A DNA stretch of 64,000 nt from the human T2T-CHM13v2.0 reference genome, Homo sapiens. The notes under the pieces are model-generated. The model was not told where the DNA came from, did not search any database, and saw only the letters and a program-made list of their open reading frames with translations. The stretch lies in assembly GCF_009914755.1 (NCBI RefSeq), contig NC_060947.1; one strand, given 5' to 3'. The stretch's first letter is position 1, and every line of letters begins with the position of its first letter. Shown here piece by piece: positions 62,921 to 64,000 of this stretch. Both the position numbers and the translations under genes were made by a program.

Positions 62921-63944
62921 AGAGGGACAGTACAAGATGGCAGAATAGAAGGCTCCACCAATAGTCCCCCATACAAGGACATGATTTAACAATTATCTAT
63001 GCAAACAAAGTACTTTCAGTACTTTCAGTACTTTTCAGGTGAGTACTCACAGTACTCGATTTTAACATCACGTCACTGAAAGAGGCATGGAAGAGGGTAG
63101 GAAAGAGTCTTGAATTGCTGCTGCCACTTATCCCCCATCCCTTGGCAGCTGGTGCATGGCATGAAGAGAGAATCTGAGCACTTGGGAGAGGGTGAGTGCA
63201 GCAATTGTGAGACATTGCAGGGAACTCAGTGCTGCCTTTTCATAGCAGAAAGCAAAACCAGGCTGCACTCAGCTGATGCCCACCCACAGAGGGAGTATTT
63301 AAACCAGTCCTAGCCAGAGGGGAATTGCCCATTCCCAGCAGTCAGAACTTGAGTTCTGGCAAGCCTCACCACCACATGCTAAAGTGCTCTGGGGCTCCAA
63401 ATAAACTTGAAAGACAATTCTAGGCCACAAGCATTGCAACTCCTAGGTGAGTCCTAGGGCTGAACTGAGTTCAGAGCCAGTGGACGAGGCGGGGGGAGGC
63501 ATGTGACCTATTGGAGACACCAGCCGGGCAGCTAAGAAAGTACTTGAATCACCTCTACCCCAACCCTAGACTCCACAGCTCCTGGCTCCAAAAGAGACCC
63601 CTTTCCAGGCTGTAGCTCCCAGAGTAAATTTCTAGACACACCCTGGGCCAGAAAGGAATCAACTACCTTGAAGGGACTCTAGTCCCTGACTCCTGGATGG
63701 CACCTCTGGACCTGCCCTGGGCCTGAGGGAGCTCATCACCCTTAAGGGAAGGACACGGGCCTGGCTGTATTTTCTACCTGCAGATTGTAGAGCCTCAAGG
63801 CCTAGAACGAACATAGGTGGTAGCCAGGTAGTGGTTACAGTGGGCCTTGGGCAAGACTCAGTGCTGTGCTGGCTTCATGTATGGCCAGTACAGTCCCAGT
63901 GGTGGGTGCTTGTGTCACTCCACCCTCAGCTCCAGGTGGCCTAG

Positions 63945-63976
<32 letters not shown>

Positions 63977-64000
63977 TTCTGTTTGGGAGAAGAGAAAAAG
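62921..64000 (+). mobile_element. 5'UTR of an L1MA-type LINE-1 running off the window
   Basis: Starts caagatggcagaatagaaggctccacc, an inverted homologue of the region below 10997. (GA)n at 63949-63974. Confidence 0.85.

Noticed and set aside
62469-63038. Short triplications (gtggacattt x3 near 62469-62500; agtactttc x3 near 63009-63038)
   Set aside because: Ordinary slippage micro-duplications.

Overview
Primate, probably human, genomic DNA made almost entirely of nested fossil transposons. It holds a full-length old L1MA-type element (~1.9-11.0 kb), a full-length L1PB1-like element (~21.2-27.8 kb) and a second internally deleted L1PB (~40.7-46.8 kb). Around these are many older L1M fragments, over 25 Alu elements or monomers, several MaLR (MLT1-type) solo LTRs, and L2, MIR and MER5 remnants. 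I see no intact protein-coding gene: the ORF track is explained by decayed L1 ORF1/ORF2, Alu antisense frames and microsatellites. The main functional-looking element is a CpG-rich, motif-dense and possibly bidirectional promoter at ~52.2-52.95 kb, with candidate splice sites suggesting non-coding transcripts. The most unusual observation is a series of locally templated insertion and inversion scars (2.1, 3.3, 8.9, 9.6, 16.6, 37.7, 44.3 kb), several checkable against paralogous sequence inside the window. Subfamily names come from recalled consensus features and boundaries are approximate; no database search was run. I cannot support a new biological system beyond these candidates.
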